From contig OZ024753.1 in assembly GCA_964016885.1 (NCBI GenBank), positions 21,824,001-21,888,000 on the forward strand: a stretch of DNA of 64,000 bases. Direction: 5' to 3'. Origin of the DNA: Eledone cirrhosa. Its lineage: Eukaryota. Shown here in pieces: positions 12,913-26,965 of the stretch (the stretch's first letter is position 1; every line of letters starts with the position of its first letter). The position numbers were made by a program, and so were the translations under genes. The notes under the pieces are model-generated. The model did no database searches and was not told the origin of the DNA. It was given only the letters and a program-made list of their open reading frames with translations.

Positions 12913-13011
12913 ATAATAATAATAAAATACACACACACACACACACACGATAACAATTAACATACATCCATACATACACACATACATACATACATACATA
13001 TAAATATATGT

Positions 13012-13329
<318 letters not shown>

Positions 13330-13620
13330 GTGGAACACTGGAAGGTGATATACGTAGTGGATATCCAGGCGACGAGTTAGGTAGAAGTGGTTACACAACA
13401 GTTTGTTCACCATACCGAGAACATACCTTCGCGGATCTTCAGCTCGGGATGTGTATGGTTATAGGAACAGAAAGGACAACCGTACGAACGCGCATGCGCA
13501 GAAACTCGCTCACTTCACACAGGCAATACTAGACTGCGTGCGGGAGATAACTGCGAAAGTCTGGAAAGTTTTTAGGTTGAAAATAAAATTAAAAGAAATT
13601 AAAAATTATATTACAAAGAA

Positions 13621-15320
13621 TCAGTCCGGAGCCTTGTAGTTATGCTATAGATGTTTGGTGACGTGTGGACAACGTGTGAAAAATTCACTTCTCGTGTTTA
13701 GGCAATCACTATTGCGTAATCTCTTTAGGATAGTTATTCGTTCGTCAATACATAAGCCACACGTCGGATTTCCCCTTGCGTATGGCTGGGACTTAGTGAT
13801 GGCTTTCCATTGAATGGAGTAGCCTATACTTGAGTCCTTGAGCGACCATGCGTGGCTCGCGAGTTTTGTGGATGAACGTCTGTCCAGGTATCTGAAGGTA
13901 GACTGGTGGTTCAGGAAACGCGCCTTGAATCGGCCCTCCGCCACGCCCACATAGGATTTGACCTCCTGTGGTTCATTTGGTCGGTTAGAAGTGACCACAG
14001 CTTCATAGATTACAGCTGGTGTGTGGCATTGCTGTTGAAGAGGGCAAGCTTTAGGCTTACGGCAAGAGCACCCTGGTGGGGTGTTGCTCCTAGTGCTGCT
14101 GGTGATGTGGGCCTTCATGTTCTTAGCGCAGGAGTATCCTAGTTTAACTTTGTGTCGGTTAAAGATGGAGCGATATTTATGACCTATGGGGAAGTGTCTA
14201 TCTAAGAGGGCTAGAAATGTTTTTCCTACATTGGTTTTAACGTTGAGTGAGAAGGGAGGAGAGAACCAGATAGTTTGTCTATTGATGCGCTTACTTTTCT
14301 TAATGGTGTTGTTGCTAGTGGGAGAGTAGGTGATAGGTTGTGAGAAGCCGCTGTTAACCAACGCCGTGTTATAGTAGGGTGCCGCCCTGTCAAAGATAGC
14401 CTGAGAGGAGAGGTTTGAGATTCTAGTACTGATATTCTTAACGAAGTTTCTAAAAACAGTGGGAGGGTGGCATGAGTCCTTGTGAATGTAATTAAGTTTC
14501 TCGTTTAGCTTATGGAAGGGTCTGTGGGTGTGTGTGCGAAGGTCTAAATTAATGTCTAAGAAATCTACGCTAGAGAGGTTGGTGGCTACTGTTATCCTAA
14601 GGCCTAACTCATTGAAGGTAGAAGCTAAGTCTTTTTTAAACCGGTCGAGGACGTGACCACTTTTATGGCTCGATAAAGTCAGTCCATCGTCACGGTATAT
14701 TCCCGTGTGGAAGTCCGTGAATCTAACACGTAATATGTCTAAGATAAAAAGGCCAACCAAGTCACATACGTCAGCACTGTCAAACTATCCCATGGAGACG
14801 TCGAACAGGTCTGAAGATGTAGACTTCTTTACCCAGGCTACTCCGTCGTTGAAGAGGAGAGTTTTCCGGCAGTGAGCGATGATTTCCCTGTCTAAACCAT
14901 CGACGGTGGTATAAGTGGTAGCGAAGTCCAACGCTCTGTTTAACAGGGTCTCTGAGATCGACGGGTAAAAATCGACAATGTCAAACTGTGTGAACTTCGC
15001 TTTTTTGGATTTTAAGGAGTTAAACCACTGAATTACGGAGTCGCTGTTCTCCCACTGGGGCAGGTTGGACTTGGTCCTCATGGTCTTAACTATGTTTCTA
15101 AGTATGGCCTTACTGACTAGTCCCATATCTGTGCGTGCCGGGTTTATTAGTCTACATGTGGGGTTAGAATTAAAGTCTACCTTGTGATCTTTCAGGGTGA
15201 GGAACGCCTCACGCTTAGCTAGAGATTGTAGCTTCTTATCTACCTTAAGGTCGGTGGGTTGGCGAGTTCCTTGGCTTCTTTATTAATGTCGTGGTAGGCC
15301 ATAGGGTTAGCTTTCTTATC
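13621..15320 (-). pseudogene. PLE RT plus GIY-YIG with TAG stops at 14785 and 13645, 5' truncated
   Basis: TLKDHK, QFDIVDFYPSI, FDVSMG, GIYRDDGL, SCHP, CSCR..CPL..C, VIYEA..YVG, CGLC, CPH. Confidence 0.9.
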
Positions 15321-16303
15321 TAATAAGGCTATCTTTGACAGGGCGACACTCTACTATAACACGGCGTTGGCTAACAGCAGCTTCCCACAACCTATCACCT
15401 ACTCTCCCACTAGCAACAACACCATTAAGAAAAGTAAGCGCATCAATAGACAAACTATCTGGTTCTCTCCTCCCTTCTCACTCAACGTTAAAACCAATGT
15501 AGGAAAAACATTTCTAGCCCTCTTAGATAGACACTTCCCCATAGGTCATAAATATCGCTCCATCTTTAACCGACACAAAGTTAAACTAGGATACTCCTGC
15601 GCTAAGAATATGAAGGCCCACATCACCAGCACCCCTAGGAGCAACACTAGGAGCAACACCAGGAGCAACACCCACCAGGGTGCTCTTGCCGTAAGCCTGA
15701 AGATTGCCCCCTTCAACAGCAATGCAACACATCAGCTGTAATCTATGAAGCTGTGGTCACTTCCAACCGACCAAACGAACCACAGGATGTCAAATCCTAT
15801 GTGGGCATGGCGGAGTGCCGATTCAAGGCGCGTTTCCTGAACCACCAGTCTACCTTTAGATACCCAGACAGACGTTCATCCACGAAACTCGCGAGTCACG
15901 TATGGTCCCTCAAGGACTCAAGTATAGGCTACTCCATTCAATGGAAAGCGATCACTAAGTCCAAGCTATACGCAAGGGGAAATCCGACGTGTGGCTTATG
16001 TATTGACGAACGAATAACTATCCTAAAGAGATTACGCAATAGTGATTGCCTAAACACGAGAAGTGAATTTTTCACACGTTGTCCACACGTCACCAAACAT
16101 CTATTGCATAACTACAAGGCTCCGGACTGATTCTTTGTAATATAATTTTTAATTTCTTTTAATTTTATTTTCAACCTAAAAACTTTCCGGACTTTCGCAG
16201 TTATCTCCCGCACGCAGTCTAGTATTGCCTGTGTGAAGTGAGCGAGTTTCTGCGCATGCGCGTTCGTACGGTTGTCCTTTCTGTTCCTATAACCATACAC
16301 ATC

Positions 16304-16343
16304 CCGAGCTGAAGATCCGCGAAGGTGAAACAATTGTTCTCGG
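16304..16343 (+). ncRNA. minimal type I hammerhead, stem III CAATTG
   Basis: CCGAG-CTGAAGA-TCCGCGAAGGT-GAAA-CAATTG-TT-CTCGG. Confidence 0.8.
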
Positions 16344-16371
16344 TATGGTGAAACTAACTGTTGTGTAACCA

Positions 16372-16419
<48 letters not shown>

Positions 16420-16421
<2 letters not shown>

Positions 16422-19078
16422 AAATACGTAGTTAAGAAAGCCACAACAATGCAGAGGGAAATCTCGAGGTAGGAAGTGAAAGATAGATAGGAAAAACAGG
16501 TGAAAGTGAAAATTGAGAGAGACAAAGATGAAAACAAAACAAAGGTAGAAGGGTTACCGTAGTGGAGATTTAATCCCAATATTTCGGGCTCACGCCCATC
16601 AACGGGGGAAAGTTCCAAAATGGGGGGAACAGGCCAAGCGGAGAAAGTTGTGATGTCGTTAAGACAGGAATGCCGTTATGGGGAGAACATTATTTAAAAT
16701 TTAAACGAGGGAAAGAATGCGCGTGCGCGTGATAGGCTGTGGCAAAAGCTACTGACCAAATGGGTTAAATCAAGAGGGTGCGCTAGCGTGTGAAAGCCGT
16801 AAGATATGTGTGTGTAAATATATATGTGTGTGTAACTGTGTGTGTATAAGTGTAAGTGTGTATATGTGTGAGTGTGTGTGTGTGTGAAAGATAGTGGGCT
16901 GTAGAAGCTGGAAATCAAAGGGTGTGAAAGGTGGTAGGTTGTAAAACATGTGTGCGTGTATAAATATAGATGTGTGTGTGTAAGCGTATGGGTATACATG
17001 TGTGTGTAACTGTGTGTGTATATGTGTGAGTGCGTTTGTGTGTGAAAAATAGTGGGCTGTAGAAGCTGGAAATCAAAGGGTGTGAAAGGTGGTAGGTTGT
17101 AAAAACATGTGTGCGTGTATAAATATAGATGTGTGTGTGTATGCGTATGGGTATGCATATACGTGCGTGTGTGTGAAGATAGCAGGCCGTAGGCTGTGAA
17201 TGGTCACTATGGTTAAGTTAGCCATGTCAGCTCATTTCTCTCAGCCCGGTTGTTAAGTGGGGGTCTGAGGTTCTTAATAACAAGTGCTTCCTTTATCCTT
17301 AAGGATCCGATGCTGCGTTCAGTCGCTAGGACTGTGACCAAGGGTCTACCCTGTGGGTTTCCACATTTAAGGATGTGTTTACGGAAGGAAGATGCGTTGG
17401 TGTTGATATGTTCCTTGATACGAACATGTAGGGGTCGGATGGTGCTACCTATGTAAAACTTGTTACATTTATCGCATTGAATCTTATATACGACATAGGT
17501 GCGTAGGCAATCTGCCCCCCGTATCGGGCAGTTGCTGAGAGAACACGTCCCATCTGACTTGTCGGGTTTGTTGGAGAGGCATCTTCGCAGCGAAGGTCCT
17601 GTGTTGGCCAAATGTATGTCAAGTCCCTCCGTCCGTATGGCCCTGCGGATGGCGTTCGTGGTATATTCACTCAGGTGGGGGATTTTAAAGAAACACCTGC
17701 TTTTATTTAAGTTTCTAGTGGGTGTCTGTCTATTGGGTCTGGGGTCTCTAATTCCGTTAATCAGTCGCTTGGGATAACCATTAGATCTGAGTAGATTACG
17801 GAATTGCGTGGTATGGGTGAGACCACCCATCGGGTCGCTGCATCTGTTAGTGATCCGTGTCAGTTCATTTAGGACATAGCCTCTCTTAGCGTTGTTGGGG
17901 AGGGCTGAGTTATAATGCACAAATAAGTCCTTGCACGCTGCTTTGCGGTAGAAGGTGGTGTTTATGTCTCCTTCTTCCGAGATGTTGATACGGAAGTCGA
18001 GGAGGGCGAGTGACCCGTCTTCTCCTGGGTGTTCGATGGTGAAATCGACGTGATGGTCAGTATCGTTGAAGATTTGGTGAATTTCATTCGCCATCTCCCG
18101 GGAAGAAGTAAGTATCAGGATGTCATCAACGTATCTGGAGTAGAAGGCGACGGCGTTGGGTTGGCAGGTATTGAGTGCCTTGCGTTCCAGGTGGTCCATG
18201 TACGAGATCGCAAGTATGCCGGACAGACTAGAGCCCATAGGTAGCCCAGAGATTTGTTTGTACGTGTGGCCGAGGAAATTGAAGAGTGCATTATCCACAA
18301 CGAAGGAGAGGAATTGGTGGATGTCCGTGTGTGTGAGTCCGAAGCAGTGTAAGTTAGATGCTCGGACTCGTTCGGTCAACAGATCGACAGCTGGGGATGC
18401 TGGTACGGAGGTATAAAGGGCGACCACATCAAGACTGAAGGCATAACCATTGTCCTTTCTGGTGTTGGGCGCCAGATGGTGTAGTCGCTCCAAGACCTCC
18501 TTTGAGCTGCAGACGTGGGCTGGTAGTGTGTGTAGAATGGGTTTCAGTAGTGTGGAGAGCAGCCACGATATTTTGTAGAGTGGGCCCTCCACGCTAGAGA
18601 CAATGGGCCTGATTTTCAAATCGGGTCCTTGTTTATGTGTTTTAACCAGGTGGTAGAAGGTGGGTAATTTGCTGTTTCGAATCATTATGAAGTTTTTTAC
18701 CTCGTTTGACACAGATGTTAGTCCATATGGTGTTAATGCCTTCCTCGATTAGAGTCGAGGAGGTCCCTGTGACTTTTGAGTAGAGGCTCTGGTCATTAAG
18801 ATGTTGGAGAGCTAAGTTGTTGTAGGTCTCTCTCGACATGACACAGAATTCTTTCCCCTTGTCAGAGGGAAGGTACACAAGGTTCCTGGATCTTAGGTTG
18901 GTGAGAGTATTAAATTGTGCATTGGTGAGGTTGCGTTTATTGTGTGTGTGTGTGTGTTGGGAAAGGATGTTAGAGATAGAATGTTTCAACCTGAGTAGTT
19001 TAGTGTCAAGTTCGTGGTTGGTGGGTGGGGGTGGAGTGGGTTGTCGAGGTGACACGTGGGGAGTGTGCTCACTCAACT
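16420..19078 (-). mobile_element. Penelope-like element E (YVDD type), 5' truncated
   Basis: RT/EN ORF, CA-rich 3' UTR, 3' end abuts (TA)n. Confidence 0.88.
17213..19076 (-). pseudogene. PLE RT plus GIY-YIG, frameshift near 18700
   Basis: PSDKG, KIRPIVS, SLDVVALYTSV, QISGLPMG, RYVDD, VVYKIQCDKCNKFYIGST, LNNR. Confidence 0.9.
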
Positions 19079-19431
19079 AACATTAGGATTTACCTTAGTA
19101 TAATCCCAATTATACGTTTGGGGTGCTAACTATACGTATTTTGCGGATAGCCAGTTGTATTATTTTATATGAGACATAATTAAAATACATCTCTCTTTCC
19201 AAACGATCGTTTCATTATAAGTTTTCTACAAATTGGGAAAATAATGTCCAGGTTGTGTAGAAGCCTACACATAGTCCGTAGGAATATATGTAGGTGGGCA
19301 CTTATAAATCATCAGTGGATGCCCGACAAATATCGATAAAGAAAACCTTACCGATATTAATGTTCAGCGATGGTACCCCTCCGTGCTATATATATTTGTT
19401 TTGCAAATGAAATCGTGTGTCGAAACAAATA

Positions 19432-19793
19432 TTGTTATACTTGGGGAGGGTCATATTGTGGTAATAATATTTCCAGAAATAATAACAGGACACTCACTGT
19501 TTCCTTGGTTTTCGCTTCTGTATCTTTTATATCTCCACAGTTAATTTATTTGGCAATCAATGTTTATCATTGACTGACCAACGGTTAAAAATACAGATAT
19601 AAATATATAGTCTATCAAAGTTCTTTCGTTGTACATCTACAACATCATAGTGGTGCTATTATTATCTTCCCTCCTATTGTAATGTATTGTAATGGCGTAG
19701 ACCAACCCAAATCAAAGAGTGAGTGTGTTTTATTATACATTTCTGGCAATATTATAACAATATGACCCTCCCAAATATAACAATATATATATA
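19432..19793 (-). mobile_element. inverted 3'-end fragment of the PLE family at 53040-55575
   Basis: 19432-19670 is the diverged reverse complement of 55100-55575 without the SINE; 19705-19793 re-inverts the tail. Confidence 0.7.
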
Positions 19794-19821
19794 TACATCA
19801 TACACACGTAAACATCCATAC

Positions 19822-19890
<69 letters not shown>

Positions 19891-20667
19891 TACAAAGATG
19901 TTTATATGCATCTCCACACATATGATAGGTTATGCTATTATCTTGGTAAAACTCTTCCCCATCAGTATTCACTGTATACATCCATCTCTTGTCGATACCT
20001 ATCTATTTCTGTTGTATAAAATTATGTTTACTATATTCTCTTCAAATAATTCTTTGAATTGTTGCTTTATAATAACCGTCTACAGAAATTAAATGACAGC
20101 CTGTTGTTTGAATGTCTTCGTTTCTAGGTTTTAGAAGGGAGTAAATTTCTCGACGCCGATTGATCACCTGTCCATTCATTTCAAATATGATACATAAGCG
20201 GCCATCGTCTTGGTGCTGTCACTTGTTTAGTTCAGTTTTTCTCTTACGCACGACATCTATCACATAGAAATCCATTTCTTAAACATATATTACTTTCACA
20301 CGCGCTCCTGTCATAAACCTGACGTCTGTATTTCATTTTGAATATATAGGTTGTGTCATTTTCAGATGTTTTCTTTTCCTACGTGTGTAGTATAGTTACA
20401 GCTTACTCTGTTGATAAAGCGACCGTCTCTCACAGACTCTATTCTACAGCTTAAGGCACTAAAGTTCGCACACCCTGTCCACCTATCTTATTTAAAAGCA
20501 CCATGAGTGCTTACTTTGCACTTTAGTAGAAATCTAAAACTATGGATATTTTCTCGGTGTAAAATGTTTTCACGAGGATATTTCCCTGGAACCACTAAAA
20601 TTAACGAATATCTCCTCTTGCTGACATTGCTAAATATAGGAACAGGCTTTCATTTTACACTCTAGAC

Positions 20668-21020
20668 CAGCGTTTCTCAACTTGTTCTTAACCTTGTGGA
20701 CCTCATGAAATAGTTCTCATATCTCAGGGAACCCTTGCATAAAAATTATTATAATTAATATCTAAATGTATTAGCTTATTTATCAGTTTCTTGAAGATCC
20801 CTAGCGGCCTCTTGCAGATGCCTAGGGTACCGGGGAACATGGTTGAGAAACCCCCTAGCGGCCTCTTGCAGATCCCTAGGGTACCGGGGAAGACCGGTTG
20901 AGAAACACCCTAGCGGCCTCTTACAAATCCCTAGGATACCGGAGAACACCGGTTGAGAAACACCCTAGCAGCCTCTTGCAGATCCCTAGGGTACCGGGGA
21001 ACACTGGTTGAGAAACCTTG
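20668..21020. mobile_element. hAT-type non-autonomous DNA transposon with tandemly amplified right end
   Basis: TIRs CAGCGTTTCTCAAC / GTTGAGAAACCTTG; 8 bp TSD CTCTAGAC / ATCTAGAC; four ~55 bp repeats 20797-21016. Confidence 0.8.
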
Positions 21021-21282
21021 ATCTAGACGTAGTTACTTCGTATGGACGCTAATAGCGATGCCAAATATCTTTCATTTCCGATATGTTACAACAAACTGGA
21101 TTATATCAGTGAAATCATCCACATTTCCAAGATATACTAAATTATACTAAGTTAAAGAGACATTCTTATTTGGCCAGCTAACCATCCTATATATATATAT
21201 ACAATAAAATATTGATGCAATTCCATTCAAGAAATCAACGTACTTTATCCGCATAAGAATTATGGAGTATTTATAGAATAAT

Positions 21283-21459
21283 TGTTTCTACTTTAGGCAC
21301 AAGGCCAGCAATTACCCAGTGCATTACTGGTACTTTATTTTATCGACCCCGTAAGGATGAAAGGCAAAGTCAACCTCGGCGGGATTTGAACTCAGATCGT
21401 AAAGGGACGTAACTATGCTGGAAAGCATGGCGTCCGACCCTCTACCGATACTGCCAATC
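21283..21459 (-). mobile_element. major SINE with TSD AGAATAAT
   Basis: family consensus match; flanking direct repeat. Confidence 0.9.
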
Positions 21460-21510
21460 AGAATAATGAAATACAAAGTAGTTTAGATGTTAAAATTCCT
21501 TTATTGAAAG

Positions 21511-21588
21511 GCCGTTATATATATTCCGATGACAGCAGAGGCCACGTGATTCCGTGTTTAATCCACTGCCATGATCTCATCAGACAGC
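21511..21588 (-). ncRNA. degenerate hammerhead, stem III TATATA
   Basis: GCTGT-CTGATGA-(ATGGCAG..CTGTCAT)-GGAA-TATATA-TA-ACGGC; GAAA mutated. Confidence 0.5.
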
Positions 21589-22283
21589 TTCTTACATAAT
21601 AAGGTTACTTTTGTTAGACAATTCAAGTTCGAAATGACAAGGGAACGGACGAACACGATGTTTATGAAGCGATCGGCCGTTCCCCTATGAGCTTCAATCA
21701 GTTCCTACGGCTGTGCGCAGACGTAAAACAATCCACCCCCAAAAGACCACAGCAGCCCAGTCCTACACAGTCCTCTTAAAACGGACACAGAGTACATGCT
21801 AGCCATCTCTATTGGTGTGACAGGCTATTTCGGATGTGTGGTAGTTGGACTATGATTCCCAACAAGTTTAATACCACCCTCACAGTTCATCTTCGACTTC
21901 AGCCGCCAATAGAACAATATTTTATTATAAAGGTTTAGATATTACTGTCTTCCAATGAACATCAGAAATTAGGATTTAAAATTTAGGTTGAAATAAAAAA
22001 TACTAATCTAAGTAGAGAATATTTGATAATCTAAATACACCGCAAGTAGATATTATCTAATATCACATGGATTTGTAACGAAATATACTTATTCACAGAC
22101 AGGAGAATTTACCAAGCCCTGCCAACATATTATGAACTTAAATTCTGGTTTTACATATAGTTCTTTCACTAAGTATTCTTTCCTCTCTCGCTATATCTCC
22201 ATTGTTAATTCATGTCATAAAAGATATTATCTATAAGTTTGTTATAATTATCACGCTTCGTACTTTAAGATATGTATATATAT

Positions 22284-22655
22284 AATTGTTTCTACTTTAG
22301 GCACAAGGCCAGCAATTACCCAGTACATTACTGGTACTTTATTTTATCGACCCCGTAAGGATGAAAGGCAAAGTTAACCTAGGCGGGATTTGAACTCAGA
22401 CTGTAAAGGGACGTAACTATGCTAGAAAGCATGGCGTCCAACCCTTTACCGATACTGCCAATTCAATGTATATATATAATTGTTTCTACTTTAGGCACAA
22501 GGCCAGCAATTACCCAGTGCATTACTGGTACTTTATTTTATCGACCCCGTAAGGATGAAAGGCAAAGTCAACCTCGGCGGGATTTGAACTCAGATCGTAA
22601 AGGGACGTAACTATGCTGGAAAGCATGGCGTCCGACCCTCTACTGATACTGCCAA
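22284..22655 (-). mobile_element. two tandem copies of the major SINE
   Basis: about 22284-22462 and 22479-22655. Confidence 0.9.
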
Positions 22656-22719
22656 ATGAGAGGTATACAGATATATGTGCATACATACATATACATGTAT
22701 ATATAAACATATATTTTTC

Positions 22720-23413
22720 ACAAGTATGTGAGATGGTATGTTGTCGACCTTAACCAGTGTTGCTCTATGATTATGAGAGACAAGATAATCGAAATAATTA
22801 AATTGACACAATATCAGAGCTATGTAAAATATTATAAAATAAGAAGGAATAATAGACACAATATACCTTCGTCCCGACTGTACAGTTTCGCTAGTCACTA
22901 TGCAACAATGTTATATCATAGATATGTAACATTGTTGTGAGGTAAGCCAGCTTATCAAGGGAGCACCTCAGTGAAGAGCCCTAACTACATAGGGTTACCT
23001 CTCATTATTGTCTCTAACTCCCTCACGGTAGAGTAACCACGGAAGTATAGTGACTGCTTTCAAGCAAACACTATATACACTTCTATTCAACCTTACCACC
23101 CCTCTGTAGCCTCTGTATCATATTAATATCCCCCTCCGCCTTCTGAGATATTTTTCACTGCTACAAAGGATTAATCCTCTTTCTTGACCGGTGTATCACA
23201 TGATAGAGTCTCCCTCCGCCTTTTTGAGATTTTCTCGCTTGCTACGGACGTATGTAGTTAGGGCTCCTCCCTGAGGTGCTCCCTTGATAAGCTGGCTTAC
23301 CTCACAACAATGTTACATATCTATGATATAACATTGTTGCATAGTGACCAGCGAAACTGTACAGTCGGAACGAAGAATAAATAGGTATATTGTGTCTATT
23401 ATTCCTTCTTATT

Positions 23414-23420
<7 letters not shown>
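22720..23420. mobile_element. non-coding inverted-repeat HHR element G
   Basis: arms 22830-22991 / 23251-23420; apparent tail on the left only; right end in (TA)n. Confidence 0.8.
23280..23370 (+). ncRNA. type I hammerhead with U3-A8 core (mirror copy 22872-22962 minus)
   Basis: TCCC-TTGATAA-GCTGG..long hairpin..CCAGC-GAAA-CTGTACAG-TC-GGRA. Confidence 0.75.
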
Positions 23421-23475
<55 letters not shown>

Positions 23476-23478
<3 letters not shown>

Positions 23479-24343
23479 TTAATTATACTATTTATGGTTA
23501 TGTAAATACAAAAACCTTTTGCAGTTATATATATTTTTATACAAACCCTAAATAGTGGTAGGCAGTAATATATTACTACCTTATTACCAGTAAGTTAAGT
23601 AGCTCAATGTAAAAACATCAGATGATTTACAGAGCAGTTATATGAAATATAAGAATCAAAGAACTGTTCAAAACATTTTTATGCTTACAACTGTTTCCTC
23701 CAAACCGAGGTTTGGAATTCTTCGGAGCAATTTATTAATGAATGAACACTTATATGACCTCCTTTTCACCCAAGAGACATACAGATACATATGCAAATAT
23801 TGTGGGTCAACATTCATTACACAATTAGAGATTACATTCATATTAAAAGATACAATCAAAAATACAGGTTAAAATACAACATGAAAATAAGCGGTTATTT
23901 TTAATGCTTATATTATTTCTCCACACACAGACTATAACAATCATATAAAGAATTTGCCACCAGATCAACCAACCTAACACTCTTGTTTACCTACTTAAGT
24001 GCTTCTACTACACGTAACTCTCTGCCACACTATATAAACAAGACGCACGTGCTTGCCACACATATAACATTTGCACTATATAACCGCTTATTTTCATGTA
24101 TTTTAACCTGTATCTTTGATTGTATCTGTTAATATGAATGTAATCTCTAAGTGTGTACTGCCACTCTAAATGCTGTAATGAATGTTGACCCACAATATTT
24201 GCATATGTATCTGTATGTCCCCTGGGTGAAAAGGAGGTCATATAAGTGTTCATTCAATAATAAATTGCTCCGAAGAACCCAAACCTCGGTTTGGAGGAAA
24301 CAGTTGTAAGCATAAAAATATTTTGAACAGTTCTTTGATTCTT

Positions 24344-24351
<8 letters not shown>
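23476..24351. mobile_element. short inverted 3'-end copy of the PLE family at 55626-62280
   Basis: left arm 23476-23897 (-) with ~165 nt tail; right arm 23898-24351 (+) without it; (TA)n on both sides. Confidence 0.9.
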
Positions 24352-24402
<51 letters not shown>

Positions 24403-24724
24403 ATATTAAATAAATGGAAACTATATTTATAAAACCATATTTATTCTATTATATATATTTCAAGGGTACCAAAACTTTGCTACGCTCTCATCAGATAAAA
24501 TATAAAGATTGTTTTATAAATATTGACATAACCAGGAAAGAAGAACTTAACGGTTCAAGTTTTTCCTGGGTAGTGAAGGAAAGAAGGGAAAGAGTAGAAA
24601 AGTCAAATATTTCAAATTATTAAGATGAGTATGCAAATGAGGTTGAATCAGTTATAAACATTTATATTTGTTGAATTACCAACAAATTGAATATCCCTTT
24701 TACTTATATATATATATATATATA

Positions 24725-26052
24725 TCTGTATATATATAAAATTAAGTATGTGTGTGTGTGTGTGTGTATTACCTATAGGGGCCTACATCTTACGACCGAT
24801 TTTCATGACACTTTACAGGCTCATAGATTAGTCATCGGGGAGTGTTTTCTATATATCAGCGTATAATTTTTATTTTATTCCGGGGTCATTCTGCAGATAA
24901 AAATCGATATGGGGGAGGGGGTCGCTTTTTTTTAGGTATCGTAAAATAAGATTTTTGGCTCTAGCTCCCATATTTTGCCACCGATTTCGTTCAAATTTTA
25001 AATCAAAATAGAATTTATCATTGCACATCCTGTAATGGCTTTATCTTTTGCATTTGTTGTTTAGGGACGGCGTGGCAGCCGCTTAAATATTAAAAAATAC
25101 CACTTTTAGAGTCAAATTTCCACTTTTTCGGCTCTCGCTCCCACATTAATCAACCTACTTTGTTCAAATTTTACACTACGCTAGATCTAATTATTTTACG
25201 TCTTAAAGTGGCTTTAAATTTTGGATTTTTTGTTCAAGAACGGCGTGGCAGCCGCTTAAATATTCGAAAATACGACCTTTTCGGCTCTAGCTCCCACATT
25301 TTTCAACTGATTTCTTTCAAATTCGAAACTTCGGCTCCACCTCTCACATAAATCAATTTATTTGGTTCAACCTTTATACTACGATAGAACCTATCATTAG
25401 CTCCCACATTTTTCAACTGATTTCGTTCAAATTCGAAACTTCGGCTCCACCTCTCACATAAATCAATTTATTTGGTTCAACCTTTATACTACGATAGAAC
25501 CTATCATTAGCTCCCACATTTTTCAACTGATTTCGTTCAAATTCGAAACTTCGGCTCCACCTCTCACATAAATCAATTTATTTGGTTCAACCTTTATACT
25601 ACGATAGAACCTATCATTAGCTCCCACATTTTTCAACTGATTTCGTTCAAATTCGAAACTTCGGCTCCACCTCACACATAAATCAATTTATTTGGTTCAA
25701 CTTTTATACTACGATAGAACCTATCATTGCACATCTTATAGATGGTCAAAGGCAAAACGATGGCTACTGACGTCGTCTGAGCTTTTAGTTGTGTATTTGA
25801 GAATTCATCGGTTTCCAAATAAGTAGCGTGAGGAAATTTGGCTTAGTGTTAGAGGTCATTACCTCCCTCCCCCAGCATGCCCCTTCGCCAGTCACCCACG
25901 TTTCTCGGTGATAGAGGTCATCACCACTCTCCCCCGCAGGGCCTGTGCGTGGCCATAGATGAGTCATCGAGAAGCAGTCGCTAAGATCAACACCTTTTCA
26001 TCAAAGCAGATATTATTTTACCTACCCAGGCAACGCTGGGGACTGCTGCTAG
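24725..26052 (+). mobile_element. non-autonomous Helitron-type element
   Basis: 5' TC..TATATATAAAA; 3' hairpin CCCAGGCAACGCTGGG followed by CTAG; sits between A and T; four internal ~110 bp tandem repeats 25287-25730. Confidence 0.7.
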
Positions 26053-26053
26053 T

Positions 26054-26085
<32 letters not shown>

Positions 26086-26199
26086 TTATATTACTTAATT
26101 CAATCAAAATGTCAACTACTAATTTCCATTTTCCAATCTTAAGGCCAATTGTAATTTCAAATATGTAAAAATAATATCTAGACCTTAGAATTTAAGTTC

Positions 26200-26457
26200 A
26201 TAATATACTATAAAAGACAAAAAAATTAAAAACGTCTTGCAAAATTATTCTATTATTAAGAATAAACGACAGCTGACAAGGGCTTAGCTGCAACCCACAA
26301 TTATAGAACCTCACGTGAAAATATGTAACCGACCTCATTACGGAACGTGCAGCTACCTACTGGAAGGCCATGAATTCTACTTCAAAGACGGGTCTATCTT
26401 CAGAATTAAGAATAACTTCTTGGGAAACTCGGAAAACTTAATTTATTTCATAACCTG
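26200..26457 (+). pseudogene. fragment of a Neptune-like PLE linker/EN region
   Basis: GTCSYLLEGHEFYFKDGSIFRIKNNFLGNSENLIYFIT aligns with element A GICINLIEGTEFYFKDGQRFIVKHNFTCASENLIYVLT. Confidence 0.75.
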
Positions 26458-26673
26458 ACATCGAGTTTCAACGTCACCGGTGCCAAGCTTATCAGCCATA
26501 ACCACAACATCGGTGGCGTGGAAGGGGAGACTGGTATACATGGGTGACTGTTGGTCTTCCACAAACCTTGACCGGACTTATGTTTAGGAGGGGAACTTTC
26601 TTGGTGCAAATCTCATTGTCATTCGTGATCGAAGAGGGTCTCCCCCTCCTCCCCCTCTCTCTCTCTCTATATA

Positions 26674-26965
26674 TATGGAAAACGAAGAATCAGTAATGCA
26701 TCGAAACACAATTTATTAACGTATTACAATTGTTTCTCCGGCGAACAGCTCAGGGTGCGATCTGTTTAGGATCGAACCTGACTCTGGATTCGCAAGTTAC
26801 TCAGATAGATCGCACCTCGAGCTCTTCGCCGGAGAAACAATTGTAATACGTTAATACATTGTGTTTCGATGCATCACTGATTCTTCGTTTTCCATACTAT
26901 ACTCTGCTCTGAAGGAGCTCAACCGGCATACCGCCTATGGGCGCATCCAAGCAACCTTACTACAA
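26674..26965. mobile_element. miniature inverted PLE-end element with the 3' half of a hammerhead
   Basis: arms about 26674-26765 / 26805-26896; tail 26897-26965 on the right only; GAAACAATTGTA in both arms; TA-flanked. Confidence 0.75.
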
